Shown: one piece after another, positions 8,814 to 19,226 of the stretch
Position numbering within the stretch: position 1 is the first letter of the stretch
Layout of the letters: each line of letters begins with the position of its first letter
NCBI GenBank assembly: GCA_965649225.1
Contig: CBFGJX010000009.1
Span: forward strand, 1 to 64,000
DNA length: 64,000 nucleotides
Origin: a candidate division WOR-3 bacterium
GTDB taxonomy: Bacteria; Hydrothermota; Tepidihabitantia; Tepidihabitantales; Tepidihabitantaceae
Direction: 5' to 3'
Notes under the pieces: generated by a model
Seen by the model: only the letters and a program-made list of their open reading frames with translations
Database searches by the model: none
Told to the model about the DNA's origin: nothing
Translations under genes and position numbers: made by a program

Positions 8814-11800
8814 ATGCAGAACAAGCTATTCGCAGTGCTTGCCGCGCTCCTGGTGGCGGGCGCGGTCGCGACTGCCGCAAGACCGGTCGAGCCATTCAAG
8901 CCGGCCGCGTTCGCCAAGCCGGCCGAGCCGACGTTCGACCGCGCCGGCCAGCCCGAGGAGCCGGCCCGGCCCGACGCTTATGTCTACGTCGGCTCAGGCA
9001 CCCAGACCCAGCGCCAGCCGCTGGGGATGAACCTCGGGTACGAGCGCAGCGCCGCGCTCTACCTGCAGTCGGAAATCGGCACGACCGGGCTGCTGGACGC
9101 AATCGCCTGGAACATCACCGCCCTGAACAATGCCGCGACCGCCAATGTGAAGATCTACGTCCGCACTATCACCGCTACCCAGCTCGTGGCCACGACGTGG
9201 GCCTCGCTCACATCGGGTGCGACCCTGGTCTACGACGCGACGCCGGCTCTCGCGGTCGGCTGGCAGGTGTTCCCCTTCACCTCGACCTTCAACTACACGG
9301 GCGACAACCTGCTGGTGCTGGTCGAGACCAACTACGGAGGCGCCGGCGGCGAAAACCCCAACGCCAAGCGCGTCACCTATTCGACGACCGCTTCCTACCT
9401 GCACGAGGTCTGGGCCGCCAACACCACGCCGCCCGCCGGCAACGGCACCGTGAACTACAACCGGCCCAATGTCCGGCTCACGCTGACCCCGCAGTACGAC
9501 CTCTTCGCGGCACGCATCGACAGCGTCAGGCGCATCGTCCTGCCCGGCGGCACGACCCGGGTCGGCGCGACGGTGACCAACGGCGGCTATGCCCCATGCC
9601 CTGCCGGCGTGCCGGTCGTGCTGCAGGTCACCAGCCCGGCCGCGGCGTACTACGACACCGTGCTCACGGCCCAGGCCATTGACCCGGGCGCGTCACTGGG
9701 CGTTGTGTTTTCACCCGACTGGGCCACGCCCGGCCGCGGCGTGCACTCGTTCCGCGCCTGGACCGCTCTTTCGGGCGACAACTGGCCGGGCAACGATACC
9801 TGCCCGGAGTACATTTCCGAGACTCCCTACGGCCTGTACGAGAGTTTCAACAGCTGGGGCTTCCCGCCCGAGAACTGGGACACGGTGCGCATCGCCGGCA
9901 TCGGCCGCGCCCCGTTGTTTGACCGCGTCACCGACTCGGCCCTTGCCTACACGCGGCCCGGGGTCTGCCGGTTCCGCTCGTACTACCTCGACGCCGGTAC
10001 CAAGGGCGCGCTGCGCACGCCGCGGCTCGACCTCACGGCTCACCCCGACGACAGCCTGTCGTTCTACCTTCTGCACCCGACATACCTGGGCCGCGCCGAC
10101 GACTCGCTCGAGGTGCAAATCTCCACCGACCTCGGCGCGACCTGGGCCACGCTCGCGGTCTACACCGGCGAGCAGGCGGCCCACGGCCGCAAGGTGATTG
10201 ACCTCGAGACCGTCGGCCAGAACGACTCCTGCCACATCCGCTTCATCGGCCACTCGCAGTTCAACCACAACATCTACTTCGACGACGTCATCGGCCCGCC
10301 CCTCTACCGGCCGCTGTACGATGCGTCCCTGCGCCACGCCTGGGTCACGACCTACCCGCTCGCCGCATTCGAGGCCGACACCATTGCCTGCTGGGTGCGC
10401 AACGACGGCCGCCTGAGCGCGAACTCCTTCGTGGTCCTGCTGCTGCGCGACGGCATCTCGACAAACTCGGTTGTGGTGCCGAACCTCGCCCCGGGCGAGA
10501 GCCTGCGCGTCGCGTTCCGCGTCGCGGCCGGGCCGGGCCGCACGCGCACCCGATTCACCTTCCGCGCCATCCTCGCCGGCGACGAGGAGCCGCGCAACGA
10601 CTCGCTCGGGTTCGAGGAGTGGGTCTTCCCCGCCGGCACCCATAAGGCGATGGGCTTCGAGCGCCGCCAGCTCGGCACGGGCTGGCCCCCGGCCGGCTGG
10701 GACACGCTCAACCTTGACGGCGAACGCGAGTGCTGGGACCGCTACACCGGCGAAGGCTTCGGCCACACGGGCATCGACTTCGCCGCCTGCCGGTTCGAGA
10801 GCTCGGGCACGCGCAACAACGACTGGCTCATCACCGACGCTTTCACCCCGGCCGAGGGCCGGGCCGATTCACTCGGCTTCTACTGGCGCTCGTTCATCGC
10901 CATCCGCGAATCGCTCGAGGTCTGGGCGATGGGCGGCCAGTCGCCCGCCGACACCATCGCCCGGCTGTTCGCCGCCGGCACGAGCGCGGGCGAGTACCTC
11001 GAGGTGGTGCTGCCGCTCGACGCCTGGGACGGCACGCCGGTGTACATTGGCTTCCACTACCCGAGCGAGGACCAGTTCCTCCTGTTCGTGGACGACGTCT
11101 GGTGGCAGCGCGAACTGCCGCCCTGGGGCCCGCCCGGCTGGCACCCGCGCGCCCAGCTGCCCGCGACCGAGCGCCGGGTCAAGGACGGCGCCTGGCTCGC
11201 CTATGACCGCGCGTCCAACCGCGTCTACGCGGCCAAAGGCTACAAGAGTTCGACCTTCCTCGCCTACGAGGTCGAAACCGACGCGTGGACCGCCCGCGCC
11301 GACTGGCCCGACGGCGTCGAAGCGAAGAAACCGGGCAAGGGCGCGGCCGGCTGTGCCGACCCGACCGGCGGCCACGGCCTCGTCTACGCGGTGAAGGGCA
11401 ACAACACCAGCGGATTCTGGCGCTACGACCCGTCCTCCAACGAGTGGACCCAGCTCGCCCCGGTGCCGCTCGGCCCGTCCAACAAGAAAGTCAAGGGCGG
11501 CTCGGGCCTCGCGCTCGTCGCCCGGCCCGGCGAGACACCGCGCGTCTACTGCCTCAAAGGCTACCGGTCCGAATTCTGGGAGTACCGGCCCGAGGGCGAC
11601 ACCTGGCTGGCCCTGCCCGACGCGCCGGTCGGGGCGCTGCCCAAATGGGACAATGGTTCGTGGCTGGCCTGGGATGGCGGCGGCAGGCTCTACGCCCACA
11701 AAGCCAAGAAGCACGAGTTCTACGCCTACGACATCGAGACCGGCGCCTGGGGCCCGGCCCTGCGCGGGATGCCGCTGGTCAGCCGCTCGGGCAGGAGCAA

Positions 11801-12407
11801 GAAGTCCAAGGACGGCGGCTCGGGCGCCTGCGTCGAGGGCACCATCTACGCGCTCAAAGGCGGCAACACCCAGGAGTTCTGGGCCTACGACATCGCGCGC
11901 GACACCTGGGCCGAGATGGACACGATGCCCCAGCAGGCCCCCGGCTCTTACAAACGCAAGCGCGTCAAGGGTGGCGGCGCGCTCATCGCCCTGCCCCCGG
12001 CCTGGCCCGGCGGCCAGGCCAACCTGCCCGCGCTCAAGGGCAACGGCACCGACGAGTTCTGGTTCTACACCACCGAACTGCCCGGCGCGCCCGGGGCGCG
12101 CGCCCGCGGCGACACCGTTGCCGCGGCCCCGGCCGCCGCCGGCCCGGGCTGGGCAATCGCGCCCAACCCGCTGTGCGGCGGCGTCGCGACGCTGCGCTGG
12201 AACGCGGGCCTCGACCCGCTGGCCCGGCCTTGCCGGGTCCGCATCGTCGACATCGCCGGCCGCGAGGCCCTGCCTCCGCTGCGCCTGCCGCCCGGGGGTT
12301 CGGGCGCGCTCCGGCTCGACCTTGCTGCCCTGCCTGCCGGGGTCTACGTTGTCCGGCTCGAGGGCGGCCGGGCGGCGCTGTCGCGCAAGCTCGTGATAGA
12401 ACGCTGA
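8814..12407 (+). CDS. Large secreted multidomain protein (CARDB-like, adhesin-like, Kelch-like repeats, T9SS CTD)
   Basis: GGGAGG SD, signal peptide, repeats KGYKSSTF/KGNNTSGFW/KGYRSEFW/KGGNTQEFW/KGNGTDEFW, tail APNP...DIAGR...LPAGVYVVRL...KLVIER. Confidence 0.85.
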   Translation: MQNKLFAVLAALLVAGAVATAARPVEPFKPAAFAKPAEPTFDRAGQPEEPARPDAYVYVGSGTQTQRQPLGMNLGYERSAALYLQSEIGTTGLLDAIAWNITALNNAATANVKIYVRTITATQLVATTWASLTSGATLVYDATPALAVGWQVFPFTSTFNYTGDNLLVLVETNYGGAGGENPNAKRVTYSTTASYLHEVWAANTTPPAGNGTVNYNRPNVRLTLTPQYDLFAARIDSVRRIVLPGGTTRVGATVTNGGYAPCPAGVPVVLQVTSPAAAYYDTVLTAQAIDPGASLGVVFSPDWATPGRGVHSFRAWTALSGDNWPGNDTCPEYISETPYGLYESFNSWGFPPENWDTVRIAGIGRAPLFDRVTDSALAYTRPGVCRFRSYYLDAGTKGALRTPRLDLTAHPDDSLSFYLLHPTYLGRADDSLEVQISTDLGATWATLAVYTGEQAAHGRKVIDLETVGQNDSCHIRFIGHSQFNHNIYFDDVIGPPLYRPLYDASLRHAWVTTYPLAAFEADTIACWVRNDGRLSANSFVVLLLRDGISTNSVVVPNLAPGESLRVAFRVAAGPGRTRTRFTFRAILAGDEEPRNDSLGFEEWVFPAGTHKAMGFERRQLGTGWPPAGWDTLNLDGERECWDRYTGEGFGHTGIDFAACRFESSGTRNNDWLITDAFTPAEGRADSLGFYWRSFIAIRESLEVWAMGGQSPADTIARLFAAGTSAGEYLEVVLPLDAWDGTPVYIGFHYPSEDQFLLFVDDVWWQRELPPWGPPGWHPRAQLPATERRVKDGAWLAYDRASNRVYAAKGYKSSTFLAYEVETDAWTARADWPDGVEAKKPGKGAAGCADPTGGHGLVYAVKGNNTSGFWRYDPSSNEWTQLAPVPLGPSNKKVKGGSGLALVARPGETPRVYCLKGYRSEFWEYRPEGDTWLALPDAPVGALPKWDNGSWLAWDGGGRLYAHKAKKHEFYAYDIETGAWGPALRGMPLVSRSGRSKKSKDGGSGACVEGTIYALKGGNTQEFWAYDIARDTWAEMDTMPQQAPGSYKRKRVKGGGALIALPPAWPGGQANLPALKGNGTDEFWFYTTELPGAPGARARGDTVAAAPAAAGPGWAIAPNPLCGGVATLRWNAGLDPLARPCRVRIVDIAGREALPPLRLPPGGSGALRLDLAALPAGVYVVRLEGGRAALSRKLVIER

Positions 12408-12548
12408 AACTGACCGGCATCGGCGCAACTTCCCGGGCGCGGCACGCAAGGCCGCGTCCGGGCGCCGTTACGCGGGCCGCGCGGGCATCGGGCCAACGGC
12501 CCTGGCCGTCTTCGTGATGGCGTGGTTTCGTGCTGCAGGGCCCGGGCG

Positions 12549-14228
12549 CTAGCGCGCGATGTTGGCTTTGGCCCCGGGCTGGACCTTGATGTCGTGCTCG
12601 CCCTGGAAAACGTAGCCCTCGGGTACGAGGCAGGTCCCGTCGCCCGCGATGCGAATCCTGACCCGGGCGCCGTTCTCGAGCCGCACATCCGACCCGAAGC
12701 GTACCTGCGGCGCCGAGCCGGGCTCGACGCGGATGGCGCCGTCGCGGTCAACATGCAGCCTGCCCCAAGGTCGGTCGGCTTCAACCCGGAGCTCGGCTCC
12801 CTCGCCCAGCACCAGTCCCGACCCGAACTTCGGCCCGCGGCAGCCCAGAAACAACTTCGCGCCCGGGCCGATGCGCCAGCCCGCCGCGTCGATGATCCCG
12901 CCCGATTCGTCGAGACAGGGGTCAAGCTCAACCGCCGCCGTGGGATCGATTACTGCCCCCTGCGCGGCCAGCCGGGCAGCGGCGGCATGGACCAGCGCGG
13001 CAGTCGTGGTCTGAACCGAATCGTCGCCGGCCAGTGTCTTGGTGGGCAGAAAGAACTTTTCCCGCTCGACCAGTATCACACCAACCGCATCCGGCTCCAG
13101 CAGCCGGCAGAGATGCTGATTGAGCATCTCCCAGCTGCTGGTTTTCAACTCACGGCCACCGACAACGCAGAGTTTGTCGCGGTAGAGGCAACCGGGAATA
13201 TCGGCCCGCAGCGCCCGCAGTGCCACCAGGTTGGTGTTGATGTGCGCCAGCGGAAAACGCAGCCGGCCACCGCTGTCGCGGGCATCGGCCAGCCCGGCCG
13301 GGCAGGCCGAGTACTCGATCACCTCCACCCGGCCGGTCCGGACATTCCGGCAGATAATGCCCGCCCGCTCACCCGGCCTTCGCTCCACGGCGGTCAGCGT
13401 AAAGAGCTGCCGCCCGGCAAGATGAAAACCCAGCCGCACCGGCTCCAGCGCCCGGGCAGCGATGTTGTCAACATTGTGCATCACCAGCTGCCTGACCCCT
13501 TCGCTCTGTAGCCGGGCCGCCATGCCCGAGGACAGCAGGGCCCGGAATACCCCGCCGTGGCCATCGCCGGTCTGGAGGATAGTGCCATCGCTGTCCACAA
13601 TCAGGTCGCCGTCGGCATCCAGCCGCGGCCGTTCGCCCTGGCGCAGCAGCAGCAGCCGCTCCCGGGGAAAACCTTGCGGCAGCGGCCCCTCACGCCACTC
13701 GGCCAGCTCGTCATGGGTCAGCCGCGAAGTCATCAGCACCAGATAGGGCAGCCGCCCGACCCTGATGCCGGCGGCCAGCACTTCGGCAAGAAAATGTTCA
13801 AGGAAACTGCGGCCGGCAACCGGGGTTATCGGGAAAAGCCCTTTGGCACTGCGGCTGGAGGCAGCACCAAAAAACCTCGTGCCGGCGCCGCCGGCAAAAA
13901 CCAGTACTGCCCACTCCCCACGCTGCAGCGACTCCAGCCCGAGCGCGGCAAACCGCGATTCGTTATCGCCCGCCGTCTTCGGCTCCAGTGGCGCGATATC
14001 GGCAACCTCGGCAGTGGGAGCGGTGAGTGCGTTCCGGTGCCGAATCACCTCGGTCAGGTCAACCGCTGCCAGCTCGGCGAAAAACCGCGCCAGCGCCTGT
14101 TCGTCGGCGCCGGCCAGATACTTGCTGAACACCCCACCCAGACCCTCATCGACCAGCCGGCGTGCCAGTGCCCATGCCTCGGGATGCCAGCGAACATAAT
14201 CGCTCACCTGTTCGGGCAGATTTTCCAT
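12549..14228 (-). CDS. UTP-sugar-1-phosphate uridylyltransferase (eukaryote-like UAP/UGPase family) with beta-rich C-terminal extension
   Basis: AGGAGTR, K..FP, GDGHGG, NVDN, IEYS, NTN, F.PTK motifs; ATG 14228. Confidence 0.85.
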   Translation of the reverse strand: MENLPEQVSDYVRWHPEAWALARRLVDEGLGGVFSKYLAGADEQALARFFAELAAVDLTEVIRHRNALTAPTAEVADIAPLEPKTAGDNESRFAALGLESLQRGEWAVLVFAGGAGTRFFGAASSRSAKGLFPITPVAGRSFLEHFLAEVLAAGIRVGRLPYLVLMTSRLTHDELAEWREGPLPQGFPRERLLLLRQGERPRLDADGDLIVDSDGTILQTGDGHGGVFRALLSSGMAARLQSEGVRQLVMHNVDNIAARALEPVRLGFHLAGRQLFTLTAVERRPGERAGIICRNVRTGRVEVIEYSACPAGLADARDSGGRLRFPLAHINTNLVALRALRADIPGCLYRDKLCVVGGRELKTSSWEMLNQHLCRLLEPDAVGVILVEREKFFLPTKTLAGDDSVQTTTAALVHAAAARLAAQGAVIDPTAAVELDPCLDESGGIIDAAGWRIGPGAKLFLGCRGPKFGSGLVLGEGAELRVEADRPWGRLHVDRDGAIRVEPGSAPQVRFGSDVRLENGARVRIRIAGDGTCLVPEGYVFQGEHDIKVQPGAKANIAR

Positions 14229-14367
14229 ATGCCGTATTATGCCGCGCCAGCGGCACTGTTCCAGACCGGCATTGGCCTGACTGGTGCCGAACTTGGACTC
14301 TACTGACAACCGTTGTTTGCTGTTCGCCTTGACCGGGCTGCTCCTGCCCGTAGCATAAGACTTTAAC

Positions 14368-15831
14368 GTGACCGGCAAAAACGATCCGACGCCAGCGGCC
14401 GACAGCGGCATGGCGCGACTCAAATCAATCCGCCAGCAGCTGGTGGGGCTGGATGTCGAGGTTCCGGTACTTTCCGGCGGCACCCGCCGTTACACGAACC
14501 TTGACAACGCTGCCAGCACGCCCACCTTCCAGCCGGTGATGAACAAGGTCGCCGAGTTTCTGCGCTACTATTCGAATGTCCACCGCGGCGAAGGCTTCAA
14601 AAGCCAGCTCGCCTCCTGGGTTTATGACGAAGCACGTTCGATTGTTGCCCGGTTTGTCGGCGCTGACCCCAAACGCGACACGGTAATCTTCACCAAGAAC
14701 ACCACTGAATCCATCAACAAGCTCGCCCGAATCTACCCCTTCCGTCCCGATGCCGTGGTGCTGACGACGATGATGGAGCACCACTCGAACGAACTGCCCT
14801 GGCGGCGGCGGGCCCGGGTGGAACACGCTGCGGTCCGGCCCGATGGCTCACTCGACCTCGACGACTTCCGCGCCCGCCTCAATGCCCTGCGTGGCCGGCT
14901 CGACCTTGTTGCCGTCACCGGTGCGGCCAATGTTTCGGGCTGGGTCAATGACGTGCACCTGCTCGCTCGGCTCGCCCACGAGGCCGGGGCGCGGATTGTG
15001 GTCGACGCGGCCCAGCTCGCACCCCACCGGCCGATCGATATGCGGCCGTCCTGCGACCCCGAGCACCTCGACTTCGTCGCCTTCTCGGCGCACAAGATGT
15101 ACGCGCCCTACGGGGTCGGGGCGCTGGTCGGGGACCGCGACGCACTGCTTGCGTCCGAACCCGACTCGGTCGGCGGCGGCACGGTGGATATCGTCACGGT
15201 CGACGCCGCGTACTGGCGCGACCTGCCCGAGCGCGAGGAGGCCGGGACGCCCGACATCGTCGGCGTGGTCGCGCTGGCCGCGGCCATCCGGCTGCTCGAA
15301 TCGGTCGGCTGGGACGCGATAGTCCGCCACGAGCAGGAACTGACCCGCTACGCGCTGACCAGGCTCCGGCGCATCCCGGGCCTGCGCATCTACGGCAAGC
15401 TCGACCCGGACCGGCTCGACGACCGGCTCGGCGTCATCGCGTTCAACCTCGAGGGCCTGCCCCACGCGCTGGTCGCGGCCATCCTCAGCTACGAGTGCGG
15501 CATCGGCGTGCGCAGCGGCTGTTTCTGCGCGCACCCCTACATGCTCTGCCTGCTCGATGTGCCCGAGGACGAGGCCGCGGTACTGCGCAGTGAGATAATC
15601 GGCCGCGACCGCAGCCGCATCCCGGGCGCGGTGCGCGCTTCGCTGGGCATCTACAACGACGAGAGCGACGTCGACGCGCTCTGCGCCGGGCTGGAGATGA
15701 TCGCCGCGCGCGCGTTTGAGGGCAAGTACGAGGTGCGGCGCGAATCCGGGGCCTGGGTGCCGGTGGGCAAGTCCTGCTTCGACTTCAAGCGTTACTTCAG
15801 CTTCGACCTGCGCGGCTCGACCTCGCCGTGA
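14368..15831 (+). CDS. PLP-dependent class V aminotransferase (SufS-like cysteine desulfurase family)
   Basis: LDNAAST, MEHHSN, VDAAQ, FSAHKMY, EAGTP, GVRSGCFCAHP. Confidence 0.92.
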   Translation: MTGKNDPTPAADSGMARLKSIRQQLVGLDVEVPVLSGGTRRYTNLDNAASTPTFQPVMNKVAEFLRYYSNVHRGEGFKSQLASWVYDEARSIVARFVGADPKRDTVIFTKNTTESINKLARIYPFRPDAVVLTTMMEHHSNELPWRRRARVEHAAVRPDGSLDLDDFRARLNALRGRLDLVAVTGAANVSGWVNDVHLLARLAHEAGARIVVDAAQLAPHRPIDMRPSCDPEHLDFVAFSAHKMYAPYGVGALVGDRDALLASEPDSVGGGTVDIVTVDAAYWRDLPEREEAGTPDIVGVVALAAAIRLLESVGWDAIVRHEQELTRYALTRLRRIPGLRIYGKLDPDRLDDRLGVIAFNLEGLPHALVAAILSYECGIGVRSGCFCAHPYMLCLLDVPEDEAAVLRSEIIGRDRSRIPGAVRASLGIYNDESDVDALCAGLEMIAARAFEGKYEVRRESGAWVPVGKSCFDFKRYFSFDLRGSTSP

Positions 15832-15846
15832 TCATCGGCACTGCCG

Positions 15847-17616
15847 TCACAGCGGCCAGAACACCAGTATCAGCGCTATTGCCGCGGCCCACGCCAGCAG
15901 GCTGAGCGGCAGGCCCGGCTTCCAGTAGTCCCCGAACCGGTAACCGCCCGGGCCCATCACCAGCGCGTTGGACTGGTGTCCGGTCGGGGTGAGAAACGCG
16001 CACGACGCGCTGACCGCCACCGCCATCAGGAACGGGTCGGCCGATACGCCGAAGCCCCGCGCCAGCTCGAACCCGACCGGCGCCATCAGCAGCGCGGCCG
16101 CGGCGTTGTTGATGACGTTGGATAGCAGCATCGTCGCGCCGAACAGCACGGCCAGAGTCACGGCCGGGGGCCAGGCCTGGCCGAGCCGGAGCAGGCCGTC
16201 GGCCAGAAGCGCGGCCCCGCCCGTCGTCTCCAGCGCCCCGCCGACCGGGATCATCGCGCCGAGCAGGACGATCACCGGCCAGTCAACCCCGGTGTAGACC
16301 TCGCGCAGCGGCAGGACTCCGGCCAGCACCGTGCCGGCCGCGGCCAGCATCAGCGCGACCGGCGCGGGCAGCAGCCCGAAGAGCATCGCCGCGACCGCCG
16401 CGCCGAAAAGCCCCACCGTCACGAGCAGCCGGCGCGGCCGGCCCACGGCGATGCCCCGGCTGACCAGCGGCAGGCAGCCAATCTCGGCCAGGCCTTCTGC
16501 CACCGCCGCGGCGTCGCCCTGCAGCAGCAGCACGTCGCCGGCGCGCAGGCGCAACGCGGCCAGACGCTGGCGCACCCGGCCGCCCTCGCGCGCCACCGCC
16601 AGCAGGTGCAGTCCGTGCCGGTCGAGCAGCTCAAGCTCGCGCACGGTCTGGCCGACCATCGGCGACTCAGAGCGCACCACCGCCTCGACAAGCTGCAGGT
16701 CGTCGGCCCCGGCCAGCCGCTCGGCGAGCCGTCCCTGACCGACCTCGAGTCCGCCCTTGCGGACAAGCTCGGCGATGTCGTCGGCGCCGGCGGTGACCAG
16801 CAGGATGTCGCCGGGCTGCAGGGCGTCGTGGAACCGGTGGGCCGGGAAGCGGCGATCAGCGCGCACCACCGCCACGGCCGGGAGCGGGTCGCCCAGGGCA
16901 TCGCTCAGTTCGGTCAGGGTCTTGCCGGCCGCGGCCGACCCGGGCCTGACCTCAAGCTCGCTCGCGTAGGCCGCGGTTTCGAAAAGCTCCTCGGGCGCGC
17001 GGCGGCCCCTGCGCCCGGGCAGCAGGCGCCAGCCGACCAGCACGAGGAACACAAGCCCGGCCAGGGCGACCCCGCCGCCCACCGGCAGGAATGAGAACAT
17101 CGCGAAACCGGCGCCAGAGTGTTCGGCGCGGAATGACGAGATGATGATGTTGGCCGGCGTGCCGATGAGCGTGGTCAGGCCGCCGAGCAGCGAGCCGAAC
17201 GCCAGAGGCATCAGCAGGCGCGACGCCGGTATGCCCCGCTCGCGCGCCAGCCGCAGCGCGACCGGCAGGAGCAACGCCAGTGCCCCGACGTTGTTCATGA
17301 ACCCCGAAAGTAGCGCCACCGCTGCGGTCAGCACCGCGGTCAGCACCGCTGTCCCGCCGCGGACCCGCGCGACCTGTCGGGCCAGCACATCGACCAGGCC
17401 CGCGTGCTGAAAAGCGCGGCTCAGCACCAGCACCGCGGCGACGGTCGTGACTGCGGGATGGCCGAACCCGAGGAAGGCGCTGTCCGCCGGCACGACCCCG
17501 GTCAGCACCGCGGCCAACAGCGACAGCAGGGCAACGACGTCGTAGCGGATTCGATTCCAGACAAAGGCCGCGAGCGTCAGGCCGAGGATGACAAAGACGA
17601 TTACCGGCTGGCTCAT
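15847..17616 (-). CDS. SLC13/DASS-family permease with TrkA-C domains
   Basis: SGFMNN, GGLTTLIGTPAN, SNVINNAA, TPTGHQSN, GYRFGDY; two central soluble RCK-C repeats. Confidence 0.92.
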   Translation of the reverse strand: MSQPVIVFVILGLTLAAFVWNRIRYDVVALLSLLAAVLTGVVPADSAFLGFGHPAVTTVAAVLVLSRAFQHAGLVDVLARQVARVRGGTAVLTAVLTAAVALLSGFMNNVGALALLLPVALRLARERGIPASRLLMPLAFGSLLGGLTTLIGTPANIIISSFRAEHSGAGFAMFSFLPVGGGVALAGLVFLVLVGWRLLPGRRGRRAPEELFETAAYASELEVRPGSAAAGKTLTELSDALGDPLPAVAVVRADRRFPAHRFHDALQPGDILLVTAGADDIAELVRKGGLEVGQGRLAERLAGADDLQLVEAVVRSESPMVGQTVRELELLDRHGLHLLAVAREGGRVRQRLAALRLRAGDVLLLQGDAAAVAEGLAEIGCLPLVSRGIAVGRPRRLLVTVGLFGAAVAAMLFGLLPAPVALMLAAAGTVLAGVLPLREVYTGVDWPVIVLLGAMIPVGGALETTGGAALLADGLLRLGQAWPPAVTLAVLFGATMLLSNVINNAAAALLMAPVGFELARGFGVSADPFLMAVAVSASCAFLTPTGHQSNALVMGPGGYRFGDYWKPGLPLSLLAWAAAIALILVFWPL

Positions 17617-17640
17617 CGGCGGGATTATCCCCGCCCGAAC

Positions 17641-19053
17641 CTAGCGCGCAATGACGACCTTCCGCTCCCTGAATCCCGCGCCCCGGGACCCGTTCCTTTC
17701 CATAGCCAGGAAGTACACGCCCGGCGCCAGGCGCGATACGTCGTTCGCGCCCGCACGCAGTGTCAGCACCCGCTGGCCGCAGGCGTCGAGGAGAACGCCG
17801 GGCGCTGTGCGCCCCGCGCCGGCCTCCGGCAGGCGCAGCGCCGACCGGATGATGGTGGCGCCGGGCGTCAGGCGTACCGCATCGTGCGTCGCGTGTTCCT
17901 CGACCCCGCCCGCGGCCAGGTTGCGCTTGTGGTACAGTTCGAAGTTGCCCTCACGGTTATCGTAGAGCAGGATGTGCGCCCGGGTGCCGGTGGCGGCCAG
18001 GTTCGCCGTTCCCATTCCTGCAAGGCTTGAAAGAGTCGTATCGGGCGACCAGGTCGCGCCGTTGTCGGTCGAGCCGCGGTAGTCGAGAACAAGCTGCCCA
18101 GGGCGGCTCGCCCGGAATGCCACGTGGACATTGGCGCCGACCGCGGCAATGGCCGGGTAATCCGCGCCGTAGGTTACGTCGGTCAGCCAGTGCTCCGCGC
18201 CCCAGGTCGCGCCGTTGTCGAGTGAAGCCCGGTGATAGATGCCGTACTCGTCGGGCCGGCCATCATACCAGCAGAGGTGTACGCCGGACCCCGACGCTGC
18301 CACCATCGGCTGCTCCTGCCGGGTCGTATCCGCGGCGACGCGAACCCGGGGCTGCCAGGTCGCGCCGTTGTCGGTCGAACGCACGAACCAGGCCTGCGCC
18401 ACGCTGGTGTTCCAGTCTGCTCTGGTCCACACGATGTAGCGGTAGTTTCCCCTGACGACAAGGCATGCTTCTTTGTCGAGAACCGAGTCGGTATCAGCGG
18501 TCAGGCGCGCATCGTCGGCCCAGGTTTGGCCCGCGTCGAGCGACTGCTTGTAATACAGCTCGCCATTCCACCCGCCGTCGCGCGAGTCGGTCCAGACCAG
18601 CCCGACGCGGTCGCCGTCAGCCGACAGCACCGGCGTCCCGCAGCTGCGCGGCGACTGCACCAGTGCGGTTTCGGCCCGCCAGGTTTCGCCACCATCGGTC
18701 GAACGCCGGTACCAGAACGCACCGTTGTTGCGGCCTTCCCAGGCGACGTGCACGGCTGCACCCGCGGCCGCTATTGTCGCGCCGAATGTGCGGTTGGAGT
18801 CGCCCGGGCTCAAGCGCAACGCGCTGCCCCAGGTCGCGCCGGCGTCAAGTGAACGGGTGTAATACACGTCGTAGTTGCCGCTGCGATCGTCGACGAAGAC
18901 CGCGTGCAGGGTGTCACCGAGCGCGACCAGACACTGCTGACCGCAGAGAAATGTGTTGGCGGTGTCGTTGGTCACCCGCACGTCCGGTTCCCACTGCCCG
19001 AAAGCCGTAACGACCAGACCGGCTGCCAGCAGCAGGAAAACGCGATGTTTCAT
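17641..19053 (-). CDS. Secreted BNR/Asp-box (sialidase-like) propeller with T9SS CTD
   Basis: Six S-x-D-x-G-x-T-W Asp boxes; AAGGAGG SD; tail LLDACGQRVL..NDVSRLAPGVYF. Confidence 0.88.
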   Translation of the reverse strand: MKHRVFLLLAAGLVVTAFGQWEPDVRVTNDTANTFLCGQQCLVALGDTLHAVFVDDRSGNYDVYYTRSLDAGATWGSALRLSPGDSNRTFGATIAAAGAAVHVAWEGRNNGAFWYRRSTDGGETWRAETALVQSPRSCGTPVLSADGDRVGLVWTDSRDGGWNGELYYKQSLDAGQTWADDARLTADTDSVLDKEACLVVRGNYRYIVWTRADWNTSVAQAWFVRSTDNGATWQPRVRVAADTTRQEQPMVAASGSGVHLCWYDGRPDEYGIYHRASLDNGATWGAEHWLTDVTYGADYPAIAAVGANVHVAFRASRPGQLVLDYRGSTDNGATWSPDTTLSSLAGMGTANLAATGTRAHILLYDNREGNFELYHKRNLAAGGVEEHATHDAVRLTPGATIIRSALRLPEAGAGRTAPGVLLDACGQRVLTLRAGANDVSRLAPGVYFLAMERNGSRGAGFRERKVVIAR

Positions 19054-19226
19054 CTACGCCTCCTTGATGTCAGCCAGTATAGACTCAACCCGACCAGCGT
19101 CAACCAGCCATCGAACCCGAACCGGGTGATACGCCGAGCCGGCGCGTGCGACCACCGGCCCGGAAGATACTGGCGGTGAACCAGTTTTATCGCTAGACTT
19201 GTCCTGCTCGTCAGCGACTGAGGTGA

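Noticed and set aside
14229..14483. N-terminal extensions in the ORF track (also at 7308, 8733, 35909, 54929, 56052, 57856)
   Set aside because: They overlap promoters or neighbouring genes; downstream starts match SD/promoter positions and signal peptides.
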